From the NCBI GenBank assembly GCA_015068735.1, contig SVJW01000006.1:519-64518 (forward strand): a DNA stretch of 64,000 nt, in the 5' to 3' direction. Below are positions 37,482-49,200 of this stretch, piece after piece. The notes below the pieces were generated by a model. That model ran no database searches, was not told the origin of the DNA, and saw only the letters and a list, made by a program, of their open reading frames with translations. Source of the stretch: Oscillospiraceae bacterium (lineage in GTDB: Bacteria; Bacillota; Clostridia; UMGS1883). The stretch's first letter is position 1, and the number at the start of each line of letters is the position of its first letter. The position numbers and the translations under genes are program-made.

Positions 37482-40400
37482 ATGGATAAGTTTTTAAAGA
37501 AGCTGACAGCTCTTATTATCTGCTTTTCTATTGTTCTTTCTGTTTCTTCAGTTATAGGTGCAAACGCCGAAACAACCTCTTCAACGGCAAATAAACCGCT
37601 TGAAATAGCAATAGCTGTTCAGGAAAGAAACGGAGTTAAAGTTGAAGATTACTTTTTCAGGCGCGGTATCGCGCTTGAAAAAGGTCAGCTTTATTCTGTC
37701 GATGATGTATGTCTTAAGGAAAACGGCAAGGTAATACCTTCATTTGCTGAAGCTCTTCAGACCTACGATGACGGAAGTATTTGCTGGCTTCTCATTTCGG
37801 GCATAGTTGACCTAAAGCCCAATGAATGCAAGAACCTTACTGTTAGCTATGGTGAAGTCCCCTCAGGAAAGACAACCTACACGCAGAATACAACTCATAT
37901 GACGGTTAAAACTCCTGCAATTGATATGGTTTTCGGACCTCAGGGCATAGAAAGCCTTAAGCATAACGGTGAAGAAAAGCTTAACGGAACTCCCATTAAT
38001 CTTTATGTAACTGTAGGCGGAAAAACTGATTACCTTAAGGTTACGGAAATGTCGGTTTTGAAAAATACCAAAACATACAGTAAATTCAAGATTAAGGGAA
38101 GACTTAATGATAAAATTTGCGGTGAAATGTATATTACCGTAGCGGAAGGAACATCAAGAGTTCAGATCGACCACAGAATTACTGTTGAAGATAATTTTAT
38201 GGTTGAATCTACAGGTTTGACGATAGGAGCAACCTACCGAGGGGCAGAGGAGGGAACTGTAATTGACAGCGATTATCTCGATCTTGGGTATATGCAACTT
38301 TCAACCTATGACAATACACGTTTTAACGGTGCGACGACTATGCCTGAAGCAACAGGCTATGTAATAGGTAAGAACACAGTCACATTTGCACCTATTGTAA
38401 ATGGAAAAGCATATCAGTATTACGATGGATTTTCCAGAACTGCACACCTTTACATATCATTTTACAAGGATGCGGAAACCTACGCAAAAACTCTCGCACT
38501 TCCTCCAAGTATAAGGATAGATAATGAGCAGTATGTAAGGGCAGGTCAGATTTTAACCACTGATATGAGCGCTCTTAACAAAAAGGGTATAGACAGCTAT
38601 AAATTCGCATATTCAAAGAGCATCGGAATTTTCAGTGCCGGCTCAGTTCCGTGGGAACTTAACGCAGACTTGGGTCTGGTAGGTAAATTCGGTAATACCC
38701 CCGGTGAGCTTGAATACAATTTCGCTATGTGCTGGATGCAGTCCGGCGACGAAGAGATTTTCCGTTATATGACAGATATTGCAGAGCTTCGTGCAGACCT
38801 TCTGATGTATCGTGGTGGAAGACCCGATATTTACGGATGCCTTCGTGGCTCATCAATGACTGATACATACCGATTCAATATGGCACACTCCTATTACGGA
38901 GATCAGGGCGGACTTATTATGGCATATCTTCTTACCGGTGATGAGTGGGTATATGATACATTAACTCTTTCCTTGGAAAAGACAATACAGGATATGTACC
39001 TCAGGCAATCCCTTGACGGCAGCCGCTCATACTACTACCGTTCCTGGCCTATTGATACATCATCTCCCTCAGGGCTTTTCCCTGAATATCATGAGAGCCG
39101 AGGAATGATAAGAGTTCGTACCTGGTATATGGCATATCAGTTGTTCAAGGACGAAAGATACTTAACTGCAATGAATGACCTTCTCCATTGGTGTGAGGCG
39201 GCTCAGAAAGAAAATGGCTCATATCCTCACTTTATATACCACGATGGAAGTAAACTTTTTGACAGTATCAGTCACGAAGAAGTTGTAAAGGACTACATTA
39301 TGCTATATGGCTTCCGAGGTGTAAGTCAGCTTCTTGACTTTACCGACAATGAGACGGCTTTGGAGCTTACAATCAACGTTGCAGATTATTTATGTTCCCT
39401 TCACGACAGATTTGGCGACTTTCTTTGGATGGCAACCTCTGACCTTGAAGTGTACAGCTGGGGTGCCGAGGAAAGTGTAACGGGTGCTTCGCCATTTACC
39501 ACGCTTCTGTCGCTGGATGTTCTTTGTACAGCCTATGAACAGACGGGAGACGAAAAATATCTTATAGTGCTTGCGGACTTTCTGGAAGCATACTTAGGTT
39601 CGGAATTGGGTGGAATCGGTGCTGAAAAATATACTGCCGAAATATGTGCTCCAAAAGGCAGCAATCCTATGTCGGCAGAAGGACTCCGTTCAACAACACT
39701 TTTCCGCTTTTCCGATAACCTGAGCAAAATTTTCAGCGAAAATAAGGAAAGACTTTTAGAACTCGGTTATGAAAACGTTTTACTCATCTTTGAAGAAGAT
39801 GCAGAGGGTATCAAGGACGGAACACTTCTTAAATATGAAGCCCCTGATGTTTTGTATAACGTTTATCAGAGCGGTGATACAAAAGCCGTTTTCCTAAGGA
39901 ATATGGGCGTTAAAGATAGTAAACCCGAAGGTGATTGGGATAAGACAGTACAGCTTGTCTTCAATGAAAATAAACTGTGGCAGGGAGCTACAAATATTGT
40001 AGAGAATAACAGCTCCGTTATGCTTGAAGAATATCTTGAGCAGTATGCAGGTTACTCTGCTAAACAGCGTCCCGTATTCCTTGAACAGATTTCAGGCAAA
40101 GCTACCATAGACATTATTGAATACAACAAAGACCGTATCGAGATTGATTTCTCCGGAAATTACGATATAGGACTCAGTATAAAGGACGGAGACTTCAAAA
40201 TTGATAACACTCAGGGTTATAACGTTTCACTTTCATATTACGCAGGTGTAACAAAGCTTGTCGTAACAAATGGCGGAAGCGTAAAACCCATAAACGGTGC
40301 AATATCAATTCAGTTCAACAATAAAGGGCAGGAGATTTCTGTCGTAGGTGCATCGGTGCTTACAGAAGCAGGTCTTGGCGGAATCGATGTAAATACCTCT

Positions 40401-41651
40401 CTTTCTGCTGAGCAACTGAAAGCTTTTATGAAGAATAACTTTAATCAGAATGTAAACTTTAAATCGACTCAGCCTACCTGGGCAGAGTTTAGTCAGGTGC
40501 TTATCCCTGCTGTTGGGGCACACAATAAAGAAGTCCTTGAAAATGCAGGACTTGATATTGCTTTTGATGCGCAGGCAGACGCAAATATTTCTGATTCAGC
40601 GGCAGTTTTATACGGTGCAGAGGCGCTGGAAGTAGTCTATAACGGTGACAAATTAAGCTCCGACGTTTATCTGGCAAAAGAATCCTTGTACGGAACAAAA
40701 GTAAGCTGGAAATGCAGCAGGGAAGACATTATTTCTCCCGATGGTATATTGACTCGCGCCAATGCGGATTGTGACAGCGTAACACTTACGGCAACAGTTA
40801 CTAAGAACTCTGCCACAGCTACAAGAGAGTTTGTGATTCCTCTTGCAAAGATGTCTGTTCCCACAGCTGACCAGGGACCGGGATTTACTGAAGAAACGGC
40901 ATTTCCGCTTATTCCGCAGACATCGGAATTTGAGATTACCTATACGGCAATTCCCTATAAGCCAAATATTGACTCTACAATGTGCTTTACATCATCTGAT
41001 ATATCTACAAGAACCAATGCAGATATTCCCTACATTGTGCGATTCAATCCCAACGGTGTTATAGATATGTATAATACCAATACATATACACAGCCGGCAA
41101 CTGCATACGAAGTGAATAAGAGATATTACTTCAGAATAGTTATACGTCCGGATAAAATGACTTACGACGCGTATGTAACCCCAGAGGGCGGAGAAGAAAT
41201 TGTAATTGGTGAAAATTGCGGTGCCAGACAGTCTGCTCCCGTAGTCAGCAAGGTTGACAAGATGTGGACTTGGGCAGGGGAAGATAACTGCTATAAAGTT
41301 ATGGATGTTTCAATCATTCAGAAGGATGATCAAAAGACTCAGCCTGTAGGAAACGGATATTACGATGAAAACGGACTTGTATTCGGAAAATACAGATTCA
41401 GTAAAACCAGCGTATTTCCCACTGTTTCTGCTAACGGTCTTATTATGAATTGGACAAATGCTGGGTCTTACAGACCTGACCTTGGCGGACAGATGAATAT
41501 GTATCTGGGTAAAGGCGATACTCGCAGTTCTAAATTAACAATTACACAGTTGTTGCAGTCTGTAGGGCTTCTGGATAATACGATAACGGAAAACAGCCCG
41601 GTTACACCCGCATCTTTAAGCAGAATTCTGGTTGCAATGAAGAACAAATAA
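37482..41651 (+). CDS. Secreted PcRGLX/YetA-like (PL26-like) lyase with Ig-like and beta-sandwich domains
   Basis: Signal peptide; RGIALEKG...YDDGSICWLLI N-terminal barrel; alpha/alpha toroid repeats (AYLLTGDE, AYQLFKDERY, AYEQTGDEKY); Ig-like TKVSWK...VTLTATV. Confidence 0.65.
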   Translation: MDKFLKKLTALIICFSIVLSVSSVIGANAETTSSTANKPLEIAIAVQERNGVKVEDYFFRRGIALEKGQLYSVDDVCLKENGKVIPSFAEALQTYDDGSICWLLISGIVDLKPNECKNLTVSYGEVPSGKTTYTQNTTHMTVKTPAIDMVFGPQGIESLKHNGEEKLNGTPINLYVTVGGKTDYLKVTEMSVLKNTKTYSKFKIKGRLNDKICGEMYITVAEGTSRVQIDHRITVEDNFMVESTGLTIGATYRGAEEGTVIDSDYLDLGYMQLSTYDNTRFNGATTMPEATGYVIGKNTVTFAPIVNGKAYQYYDGFSRTAHLYISFYKDAETYAKTLALPPSIRIDNEQYVRAGQILTTDMSALNKKGIDSYKFAYSKSIGIFSAGSVPWELNADLGLVGKFGNTPGELEYNFAMCWMQSGDEEIFRYMTDIAELRADLLMYRGGRPDIYGCLRGSSMTDTYRFNMAHSYYGDQGGLIMAYLLTGDEWVYDTLTLSLEKTIQDMYLRQSLDGSRSYYYRSWPIDTSSPSGLFPEYHESRGMIRVRTWYMAYQLFKDERYLTAMNDLLHWCEAAQKENGSYPHFIYHDGSKLFDSISHEEVVKDYIMLYGFRGVSQLLDFTDNETALELTINVADYLCSLHDRFGDFLWMATSDLEVYSWGAEESVTGASPFTTLLSLDVLCTAYEQTGDEKYLIVLADFLEAYLGSELGGIGAEKYTAEICAPKGSNPMSAEGLRSTTLFRFSDNLSKIFSENKERLLELGYENVLLIFEEDAEGIKDGTLLKYEAPDVLYNVYQSGDTKAVFLRNMGVKDSKPEGDWDKTVQLVFNENKLWQGATNIVENNSSVMLEEYLEQYAGYSAKQRPVFLEQISGKATIDIIEYNKDRIEIDFSGNYDIGLSIKDGDFKIDNTQGYNVSLSYYAGVTKLVVTNGGSVKPINGAISIQFNNKGQEISVVGASVLTEAGLGGIDVNTSLSAEQLKAFMKNNFNQNVNFKSTQPTWAEFSQVLIPAVGAHNKEVLENAGLDIAFDAQADANISDSAAVLYGAEALEVVYNGDKLSSDVYLAKESLYGTKVSWKCSREDIISPDGILTRANADCDSVTLTATVTKNSATATREFVIPLAKMSVPTADQGPGFTEETAFPLIPQTSEFEITYTAIPYKPNIDSTMCFTSSDISTRTNADIPYIVRFNPNGVIDMYNTNTYTQPATAYEVNKRYYFRIVIRPDKMTYDAYVTPEGGEEIVIGENCGARQSAPVVSKVDKMWTWAGEDNCYKVMDVSIIQKDDQKTQPVGNGYYDENGLVFGKYRFSKTSVFPTVSANGLIMNWTNAGSYRPDLGGQMNMYLGKGDTRSSKLTITQLLQSVGLLDNTITENSPVTPASLSRILVAMKNK

Positions 41652-41678
41652 TACGAACTGAAATGAAAGGTAGATAAC

Positions 41679-42764
41679 ATGAGAAACAAGGCAATTGATA
41701 CAGCAAAAATGCTGTGTGACACCATGATAAGAAAGTTTCCCGAAGCTAAAGATTTGCCGCCTGAACGAAGGTTTTTCTATCATCAGGGTGTGTTTTTATC
41801 AGGAATGATGAACACATATGAATTGTGTGAAGAAGAAAAATATTATGACTATGTAAAGGTATGGATTGATTCTCTGGTTGATGAAGACGGAAAAATCAAC
41901 AGCTGTGAACCTCATAACTGGCTCGATGACATACAGCCCGGAATTCTTCTTTATCCTTTGTATAAAAAAACAGGAGATGAAAGGTATAAAAAAGCGCTTG
42001 ATTTTCTTGTCGGTATTCTGAAAAACTGGAAGAAGAATAAAGCAGGAGGATTTTGGCACTCAAATATTCATCCTGACCAGATGTGGTTAGATTCCCTATA
42101 TATGGGATCGCCAATATTAGCGCAGTATGCAAAGGAATTTAGCTGTCCGGAGTTTTGGGATGAAACTGCTAAGCAGGCAATCATAATGTATGAAAATATG
42201 ACAAATCCACAAACCGGACTTATGCTTCATGCATGGGATGAGTCAAAGCTCGAAAGCTGGGCAGATAAAGAAACCGGACTTTCAGATGAAACATGGGGAA
42301 GAGCACAAGGATGGTATGTTGTGGCAATAATGGATATACTTTCCTTTATGCCCTCTGACCACCCTTACAGACAGAAGCTTATTGATATCGAACGTGAAAT
42401 TCTCGGAAATATTATGAAATATCGTGATGAGAAAAGTAAGCTTTGGTATCAGGTTGTACCCAAAGGAAATGAAAAAGGAAACTGGATAGAAAATTCCTGC
42501 AGTTTCTTGTTTATAACTGCAATTGCCAAAGCTGTACGATTGGGCGTTCTTGATGAAAAATATAAGATTTATGCAAATGAATGTTTTGAAGGTGCACTGA
42601 GAAATATTGATAGTGATGGAGAGGATCTTCTGATAAATCATGTATGCATAGGAACATGTATATTTGATTATCAGGGATACATAGATCGTCCAACATCGGT
42701 AAATGACCTACATGGTACAGGAGCATTCCTGTTGATGTGCTCCGAAATTGCGAGAATTAATTAA
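41679..42764 (+). CDS. GH105 unsaturated rhamnogalacturonyl hydrolase (YteR/YesR-like)
   Basis: LDDIQPG, GGFWH, QMWLDSLYM, HAWDE, WGRAQGW, WYQV, HGTGAFL. Confidence 0.92.
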   Translation: MRNKAIDTAKMLCDTMIRKFPEAKDLPPERRFFYHQGVFLSGMMNTYELCEEEKYYDYVKVWIDSLVDEDGKINSCEPHNWLDDIQPGILLYPLYKKTGDERYKKALDFLVGILKNWKKNKAGGFWHSNIHPDQMWLDSLYMGSPILAQYAKEFSCPEFWDETAKQAIIMYENMTNPQTGLMLHAWDESKLESWADKETGLSDETWGRAQGWYVVAIMDILSFMPSDHPYRQKLIDIEREILGNIMKYRDEKSKLWYQVVPKGNEKGNWIENSCSFLFITAIAKAVRLGVLDEKYKIYANECFEGALRNIDSDGEDLLINHVCIGTCIFDYQGYIDRPTSVNDLHGTGAFLLMCSEIARIN

Positions 42765-42794
42765 ATAATATATATATTATAAGGAGGAAAAAAC

Positions 42795-44333
42795 ATGAAA
42801 CACATTATTAAACGAGGAATTGTTCTTGTATGCATAATAGCTCTTATATTAACAACAGCTGCATGCTCAGGAACAAGCACAAGCAAAGGGGATGGAGACT
42901 TAACTTATTGGGTTCCGTTGAATCCTAATGCAGCAATGACAGTAAGTAACTATGGCGACACTCCATTTGCGAAGGAATTACAGGAAAGAACAGGAATCAA
43001 AATTGATTATCAGCACCCGCCGCAGGGTAGCGAAGATGAGAAGTTCAATCTTATGGTTATGGGTGAGCTTCCCGACATTATTGAATACAACTGGGGCGAT
43101 GCATATCCCGGTGGACCTGCAAAAGCTATAGAGGATAATGTTATCATCGAATTGGATATAGAAAATAAGGCTCCCAATCTGTATGCATATCTTCAGGAGC
43201 ATCCCGAAGTTGATAAGATGATAAAGACAGATGACGGTAAGTATTACGCATTCCCCTTCATTCGTGGTGAAAGAAGCCTTCAGACAAGCGCAGGTATAAT
43301 CATTCGTAAAGACTGGCTTGACGACCTTGGCTTAGAAGTTCCCGAAACAATTGAAGAATGGGAAGTTGTTCTTAAAGCATTTAAGGAAGAAAAGGGTGCA
43401 AAATATCCCCTTTGCTACAGAACTTATGTTGAGGGCTGGGGTGCTTTCTCCGGTGCTTACGGTGTTGTAGATACCCTTTATGTTGATAACGGTGAAGTTA
43501 AATACGGCGCACTTGAAGACGGATACAAGGATTTCCTTACAACTATGAATTCCTGGTATAAGAAGGGATATATGCCTTCCGACTTTGCAACAATGGATTC
43601 AAGCTTAATTGATTCTTATATGATAAACGGTCAGTCCGGTGTGTTTATCGGAAGCGTTGGCAGTGGACTTGGAAGAATTATGGCAGCAGCAGAGGAAGAG
43701 GGATATGAACTTGTAGCAGCTCCGTACCCCACACTTGTAAAAGGTCAGAAGCCTGAGTTTGGACAGATGGATCATCTTGTTCCCGGAACAGTTGTTGCTA
43801 TCTCCCGTGACTGTAAGGATGTAGACCTTGCAATGAAACTTCTCGACTACGGCTACAGCGAAGAAGGAAGAATGTTCTTTAACTTCGGTATCGAGGGTGA
43901 ATCTTACAATATGATTGACGGATATCCCACATATACAGAAGAGATCACAGCTAACGCTGAAGGACTTTCCATGAGTGCAGCTATGGCTCGTTATATTCAG
44001 GCATATAGTGCAGGTCCCTTCGTTCAGGATGCAAGATATATGGAACAGTATGCATCACTTCCTCAGCAGAAGGATGCAGTTCAGATCTGGAGTAATACAA
44101 ACATGGAAGAACATCTTCTTCCTAAGATATTCCTTCGTCCCGAAGAATCAGACAAGATGGCAAAGAAAATCAGCTCTGTAAACTCTTACAAAGATGAAAT
44201 GCTTATTAAGTTTATAACAGGTGCAGAATCCATCGGCAAATATGATGCTTTTGTTAAAGGTTTGAAGGAACGTGGTATTGACGAATATCTTAAACTTATG
44301 AACGAAGCATACGACAGATACAGCGCAAGATAA
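42795..44333 (+). CDS. ABC transporter oligosaccharide-binding lipoprotein (LplA-like)
   Basis: Lipobox TAAC, DGKYYAFP, IRKDWLDDLGLEVPETIEEW...LKAFK. Confidence 0.93.
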   Translation: MKHIIKRGIVLVCIIALILTTAACSGTSTSKGDGDLTYWVPLNPNAAMTVSNYGDTPFAKELQERTGIKIDYQHPPQGSEDEKFNLMVMGELPDIIEYNWGDAYPGGPAKAIEDNVIIELDIENKAPNLYAYLQEHPEVDKMIKTDDGKYYAFPFIRGERSLQTSAGIIIRKDWLDDLGLEVPETIEEWEVVLKAFKEEKGAKYPLCYRTYVEGWGAFSGAYGVVDTLYVDNGEVKYGALEDGYKDFLTTMNSWYKKGYMPSDFATMDSSLIDSYMINGQSGVFIGSVGSGLGRIMAAAEEEGYELVAAPYPTLVKGQKPEFGQMDHLVPGTVVAISRDCKDVDLAMKLLDYGYSEEGRMFFNFGIEGESYNMIDGYPTYTEEITANAEGLSMSAAMARYIQAYSAGPFVQDARYMEQYASLPQQKDAVQIWSNTNMEEHLLPKIFLRPEESDKMAKKISSVNSYKDEMLIKFITGAESIGKYDAFVKGLKERGIDEYLKLMNEAYDRYSAR

Positions 44334-44370
44334 GCTTTCTGCTTATCTTCGGAGGGAGACATTATAAAAA

Positions 44371-45324
44371 ATGAGCAAAGCAATAGTAAAGGGAGAAAAG
44401 CCTTCCTATAATCCAAATAAATTGAAAAGATTAGGAAAAGACGTATGGCGAAATAAATCGCTGTACCTGATGATTCTTCCGGTGTTGCTGTTTTATATAG
44501 TTTTTATGTATAAACCCATGTATGGAGCAATAATAGCTTTCAAACGGTTTTCCCCCGGTCTTGGGATCGAGGGAAGCCCGTGGGTTGGATTGGAAAACTT
44601 TGAATATTTCTTCAGCAACCCTGATTTTGCAAGAATCTTAAAGAACACATTAAAAATAAGTCTTTCGTTGATAGTGTTTGGGTTCCCGGCCCCTATTATT
44701 CTTACAATTATGTTCAACGAAATAAGAAATGCACGATTTAAAAGAGTAGCACAGAGTGTTTCATATATGCCGCATTTCATTTCTTTGGTTGTTATATGCG
44801 GACTTATCAGAACTTTTGTTGCAGACGGAAGTATTATTCAGCAGTTGGTACATTTCTTTGATGGAAAAGAAGGAAGCCTGCTTAATCGTGCAGATGCTTT
44901 CCTGCCGATATATGTTGTTTCAGATATCTGGCAGAATATCGGATGGGACTGTATCATTTATCTTGCGGCAATTGCAGGCATTGATCAACAGCTGTATGAA
45001 GCGGCACAGGTTGATGGCGCAGGCAAGTGGAAGCAGATGATTCATGTTACACTTCCGGGACTGAGACCTACAATTATCATAATGCTTATTCTCAGAGTAG
45101 GTAATGTGTTAAGCGTAGGCTATGAGAAAATTATTTTGCTTTACAACCCGTTGATTTATGAGACAAGCGACGTTATTTCTTCATATGTTTACCGTATGGG
45201 ATTTGAATCCCGTGACTGGAGTTATTCTACAGCAGTAGGTCTCTTTAACTCTTTGGTTAACTTTATCGTAATTATTGCGGCAAATACCGTATGTAAGAAA
45301 ATCGGCGACACATCACTTTGGTAA
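44371..45324 (+). CDS. Carbohydrate ABC transporter permease (LplB/YteP-like)
   Basis: SPWVGLENF, YMPHFIS, EAA motif YEAAQVDGA. Confidence 0.95.
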   Translation: MSKAIVKGEKPSYNPNKLKRLGKDVWRNKSLYLMILPVLLFYIVFMYKPMYGAIIAFKRFSPGLGIEGSPWVGLENFEYFFSNPDFARILKNTLKISLSLIVFGFPAPIILTIMFNEIRNARFKRVAQSVSYMPHFISLVVICGLIRTFVADGSIIQQLVHFFDGKEGSLLNRADAFLPIYVVSDIWQNIGWDCIIYLAAIAGIDQQLYEAAQVDGAGKWKQMIHVTLPGLRPTIIIMLILRVGNVLSVGYEKIILLYNPLIYETSDVISSYVYRMGFESRDWSYSTAVGLFNSLVNFIVIIAANTVCKKIGDTSLW

Positions 45325-45344
45325 GCGGAAAGGAGAGAGCAGAT

Positions 45345-46244
45345 ATGAAAGTAAATAAGAACAATCTTATAAAAAGAAGTACAGGCGAAAAAATCTTTTC
45401 CGTTTTTAACTATATCTTTATGGTTGGGATAATGTTTATTATGCTTTATCCTCTCTGGTATGTGTTGGTTGCATCATTCAGTGATCCTGTCGCTCTCAGC
45501 GGACACAGCGGTTTTTTGTTTAAACCATTGGGATTTTCTACGGATGCTTATCGCCTTATGACTAAAAATCCCATGATTTTCAAAGGCTACGGCAACACTT
45601 TGTTTTTAGTGATTGTAGGTCTCGCTGTCAATATGACACTTACTTGCCTGGGTGCATATTTCATGTCACGAAAGAATGTGCCTTTCCAGAAGCCTATTAC
45701 TCTCATGATAATATTCACTATGTACTTTTCAGGCGGTATGATTCCTTTTTATATGACTGTAATGGACCTTGGTCTTAAGAACAGCTTGATGTCTTTGATT
45801 CTTCCCGGTGCGGTAAGCACCTTCAACCTTATTATTCTGAGAACTGCATTTGCATCAGTTCCGGAAGCGTTGGAGGAATCTGCGCGTCTTGACGGTGCAA
45901 GCCATTGGAGAATAATGCTTCAAATTGTGCTACCTCTCAGCAAGGCATCACTCTCGGTTATTGCACTTTATTATGCAGTAGGTCATTGGAATGCATGGTT
46001 TAACGCGATGTTGTTCCTTGATGACAGAGAATTATTCCCGCTTCAGCTTGTCCTTCGTGAAATCCTGATTCAGAACGATACCAGTTCGATGACTCAGATG
46101 GTGAATGTAGGAGATTCAAGCTTTATCGGTGAAACAATTAAATATGCGGTAATTATCGTATCGGTAGTTCCCATACTTTGTATTTATCCCTTTATACAGA
46201 AATACTTTGAAAAAGGCGTTATGATAGGCGCAGTCAAAGGTTGA
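45345..46244 (+). CDS. Carbohydrate ABC transporter permease (LplC/YtcP-like)
   Basis: FSGGMIP, EESARLDGA, YPFIQKYFEKGVMIGAVKG. Confidence 0.95.
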   Translation: MKVNKNNLIKRSTGEKIFSVFNYIFMVGIMFIMLYPLWYVLVASFSDPVALSGHSGFLFKPLGFSTDAYRLMTKNPMIFKGYGNTLFLVIVGLAVNMTLTCLGAYFMSRKNVPFQKPITLMIIFTMYFSGGMIPFYMTVMDLGLKNSLMSLILPGAVSTFNLIILRTAFASVPEALEESARLDGASHWRIMLQIVLPLSKASLSVIALYYAVGHWNAWFNAMLFLDDRELFPLQLVLREILIQNDTSSMTQMVNVGDSSFIGETIKYAVIIVSVVPILCIYPFIQKYFEKGVMIGAVKG

Positions 46245-46288
46245 TCTGTATTTGCGACTATGGGATAATGCTATAAGGAGAAAAGAAA

Positions 46289-49200
46289 ATGAAACAAAAC
46301 TTATTAAGAAAATCATTAAGCCTTTTACTCGGCTTGTGTATTATCTTAAGTTCAGTAGGTTTAACAGCATTTGCACAGCCTGACCACAATCTTCAGTCAG
46401 GCGGTGCAGGTCTTGTTCCTACGACTGAGATTATTTTCAGTGAAGATTTCAGCTCTTCGCCAAGCCTTTCGGCAGGAAGCAGTTGGGGAACAGCACCAAA
46501 CACCTTGAGTGTATTTAAAAACGAAACCACGGCAACTATAGAAAATGGATCATTAAAGGTCGTTGGTGCTACAAACACTGAAAAATCACTTAATCTTAAG
46601 AGTGATACAACAATCAAGGGTAAATTTGCTGTAGAGTTCAACTTCAAAGTAGTTGATAATGCAGCTACTCCTCTTCTTTTCGGTTTTGGCTATACAGATG
46701 GTACAACTGAAAAGAAAGCTATTGAAATAGGTCTTGAAGAATGGGTTGCTTCAGACAGATTCTATAGAAATTTACTGTACAAAGATACAGATGGTACACA
46801 AAAACAGTTGGTAGATCAAACAAGTAGTTGGAGAACAAATGTTGATTTCCATAAGTGGTATCTTCTTCACGGAGACGGAAACAGTTGGTCGACTTATTCC
46901 CGTGACTTTTACACATTAAAAGTTGTGGCAGATACCAATACATCAAAGTATAGTGTATATCTTAACGGATCACTTTGTCTCAAGGATCAATCTTTTGCGG
47001 ATTCTTCCATAAACTGGGCAACAACAGGTGTTAACCTGCCCTTTATGATGACTACAAGTGATTCTGACCCGTTAAAGTATGACAATATCAAGATTTATAG
47101 TGAGCCTCAGGGAAGAACAACGCTCTATGCAAATGACTTTAACGGCTATACAGAAGAGGTTTCATGGAAAGGTGCTACCTCTTATGCAACGCAGAGATTA
47201 TCTCTTTTTACAGGTATTGCAGGACTTGGTCTTGCGAATATGCAGAGCAAGGGCGGATACATCTATGCAAGAAATAATGCTCTCGTAACAGAATACAGAA
47301 ACGGTGCCGGCGGTGCGTTTACCAGTATTATCCGTATGGACGATGATATGACAATCGATATGGATTTCACCGTAGACAGCTTTGTAAACGATAGTTATCT
47401 TGATAACTATGCAACGGTACTTGTTCTTACTACGGCAGGAGCTGACGGTATACGTTTCTCAGTCAGCAAAGACGGTAAGTTTATCTATTATTACTACAAC
47501 CGTACAATTCCCTATGAACCCACAATTCTTACCAATATAACAATGGATAAGCCGCATCACCTTACAGTACATATGAACTATTCTACTTATACTTGTGAAG
47601 TTTATGTAGACGGTGTACTGATTGCTGACGATATGTCATTGTTGTATAACACAGGTAAGAAAGGTGTTACAGGTTACTTTAAGAACGGAGAAGACCTTAC
47701 AATCGGCCTGGGCTATCATAAGGAATCTCCCACCACAGATGTTACTTATGACAACATAAGAGTATACCGTGATACTCGTGAAAATGTTTTGTCAGATGTT
47801 GAGGATTCTCTTGCAGGTATCTTCTCAGGCACATATGTAGTTAAAGGTAATGTAGATCTTCCGTCTTCTGCTGTTGGCTATGACGGCTATAATGTAAAAT
47901 GGACTTCAAACAGTTCAATTATCAAAGTAGGAAGCAATGGATATAGTGCAACAGTAACTCCCACAGAGGAGGAACAGGTTGTAAAACTTACCGCATCAGT
48001 ATCTGATACGGCAGGGGAGTATACACTTACACGTTCCTTTAACGTTGTTGTTCCTGCAGACGAAACTATCACAGATATATCCTCTCTTACAAATTGGGAC
48101 GTTGTATCAGGAACTCCTCTTCTTGCCGCTAACCCCACTAATGAAGCGGATAAGGCTGTAAATGTAGTTTCTTCCTCCGAGGCATATATAACCCCAGGAA
48201 CATATAGTGGAATTGTTGAAGCTACCGCACAGCTCTATATGAGCAAGCAGACAGCAGGAAGTATTTACCTTGCAGACGATAACGGAAAAGCATTTGCAAA
48301 GGTTAACCTCAATAGGTCAGTCATTTCAGCAGGGGAAGAGGGCGTTATAAAGTCACATTCCTATCCTTCCAAAAAGTGGTTCGACCTTACGGTTAAGGCT
48401 GATATGTTAAAGCGAACCTACGATGTATTCATTGACGGTACGAAGGTGAATAATGCATCAATTCCCTTTGATGAAGTAAGCGATAACGGACATCTCGCAA
48501 GAGTAGGCTTTACCTGTAGCGAAGGAAGTGTTTTTGTAAACGATGTTACGGCAAAATCACTTTCAGCAAATAGCGGTCTTGAAGTTAAGAAGATTTCCTA
48601 CAAAAATTCTTCTGCCAAGGTTGTTAATGCCCCTCAGCAGGCGGAAAGGTAACTTCTGTTGAAGTAAGCAATACTCTTACAAATCAGCCTGCAGTAGTGT
48701 TTGTTGCAGTTTACGGTGCAGATGGCAGTATGGTTGACTTCGGAAAGGCAACTTATGACAGCCTTCCTACAGGAAAAACTACCGTTACATTTACTGATGT
48801 GGATATTCCATCAACATGGAACAGTAATTGCAAGGTAAAGGCATTTGTCTGGAACAGCACTTCAAAAATCGTTCCCCTGACTGATACTCACGGTGAAAAA
48901 CTTCTTCCCACAATTTATATTGCCGGTGACTCTACAGCGGCAGATTATGGTACGGAGTCATATCCTTATACAGGATGGGGAACTGAGTTCAAGTCACTCA
49001 TCAATGAAAATATTGATGTAGTAAATATGGCACAGGCAGATGCTTCTACAAGCGACATAATTTCAGGCGGACAGCTTAATGAAATTGCAAAGCGTATACT
49101 TCCCGGAGATTACCTTTTCATAGCATCATCTTATGATGATGCGGCAGAGGGTATTTCCGAATCCGCATATAAAGCGAATCTTAAAACAATCGCAGCTACA

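Noticed and set aside
42795-46244. ABC transporter lacking an ATPase as a defective system
   Set aside because: Normal for Gram-positive CUT1 importers, which share an MsmX/MsmK-type ATPase encoded elsewhere
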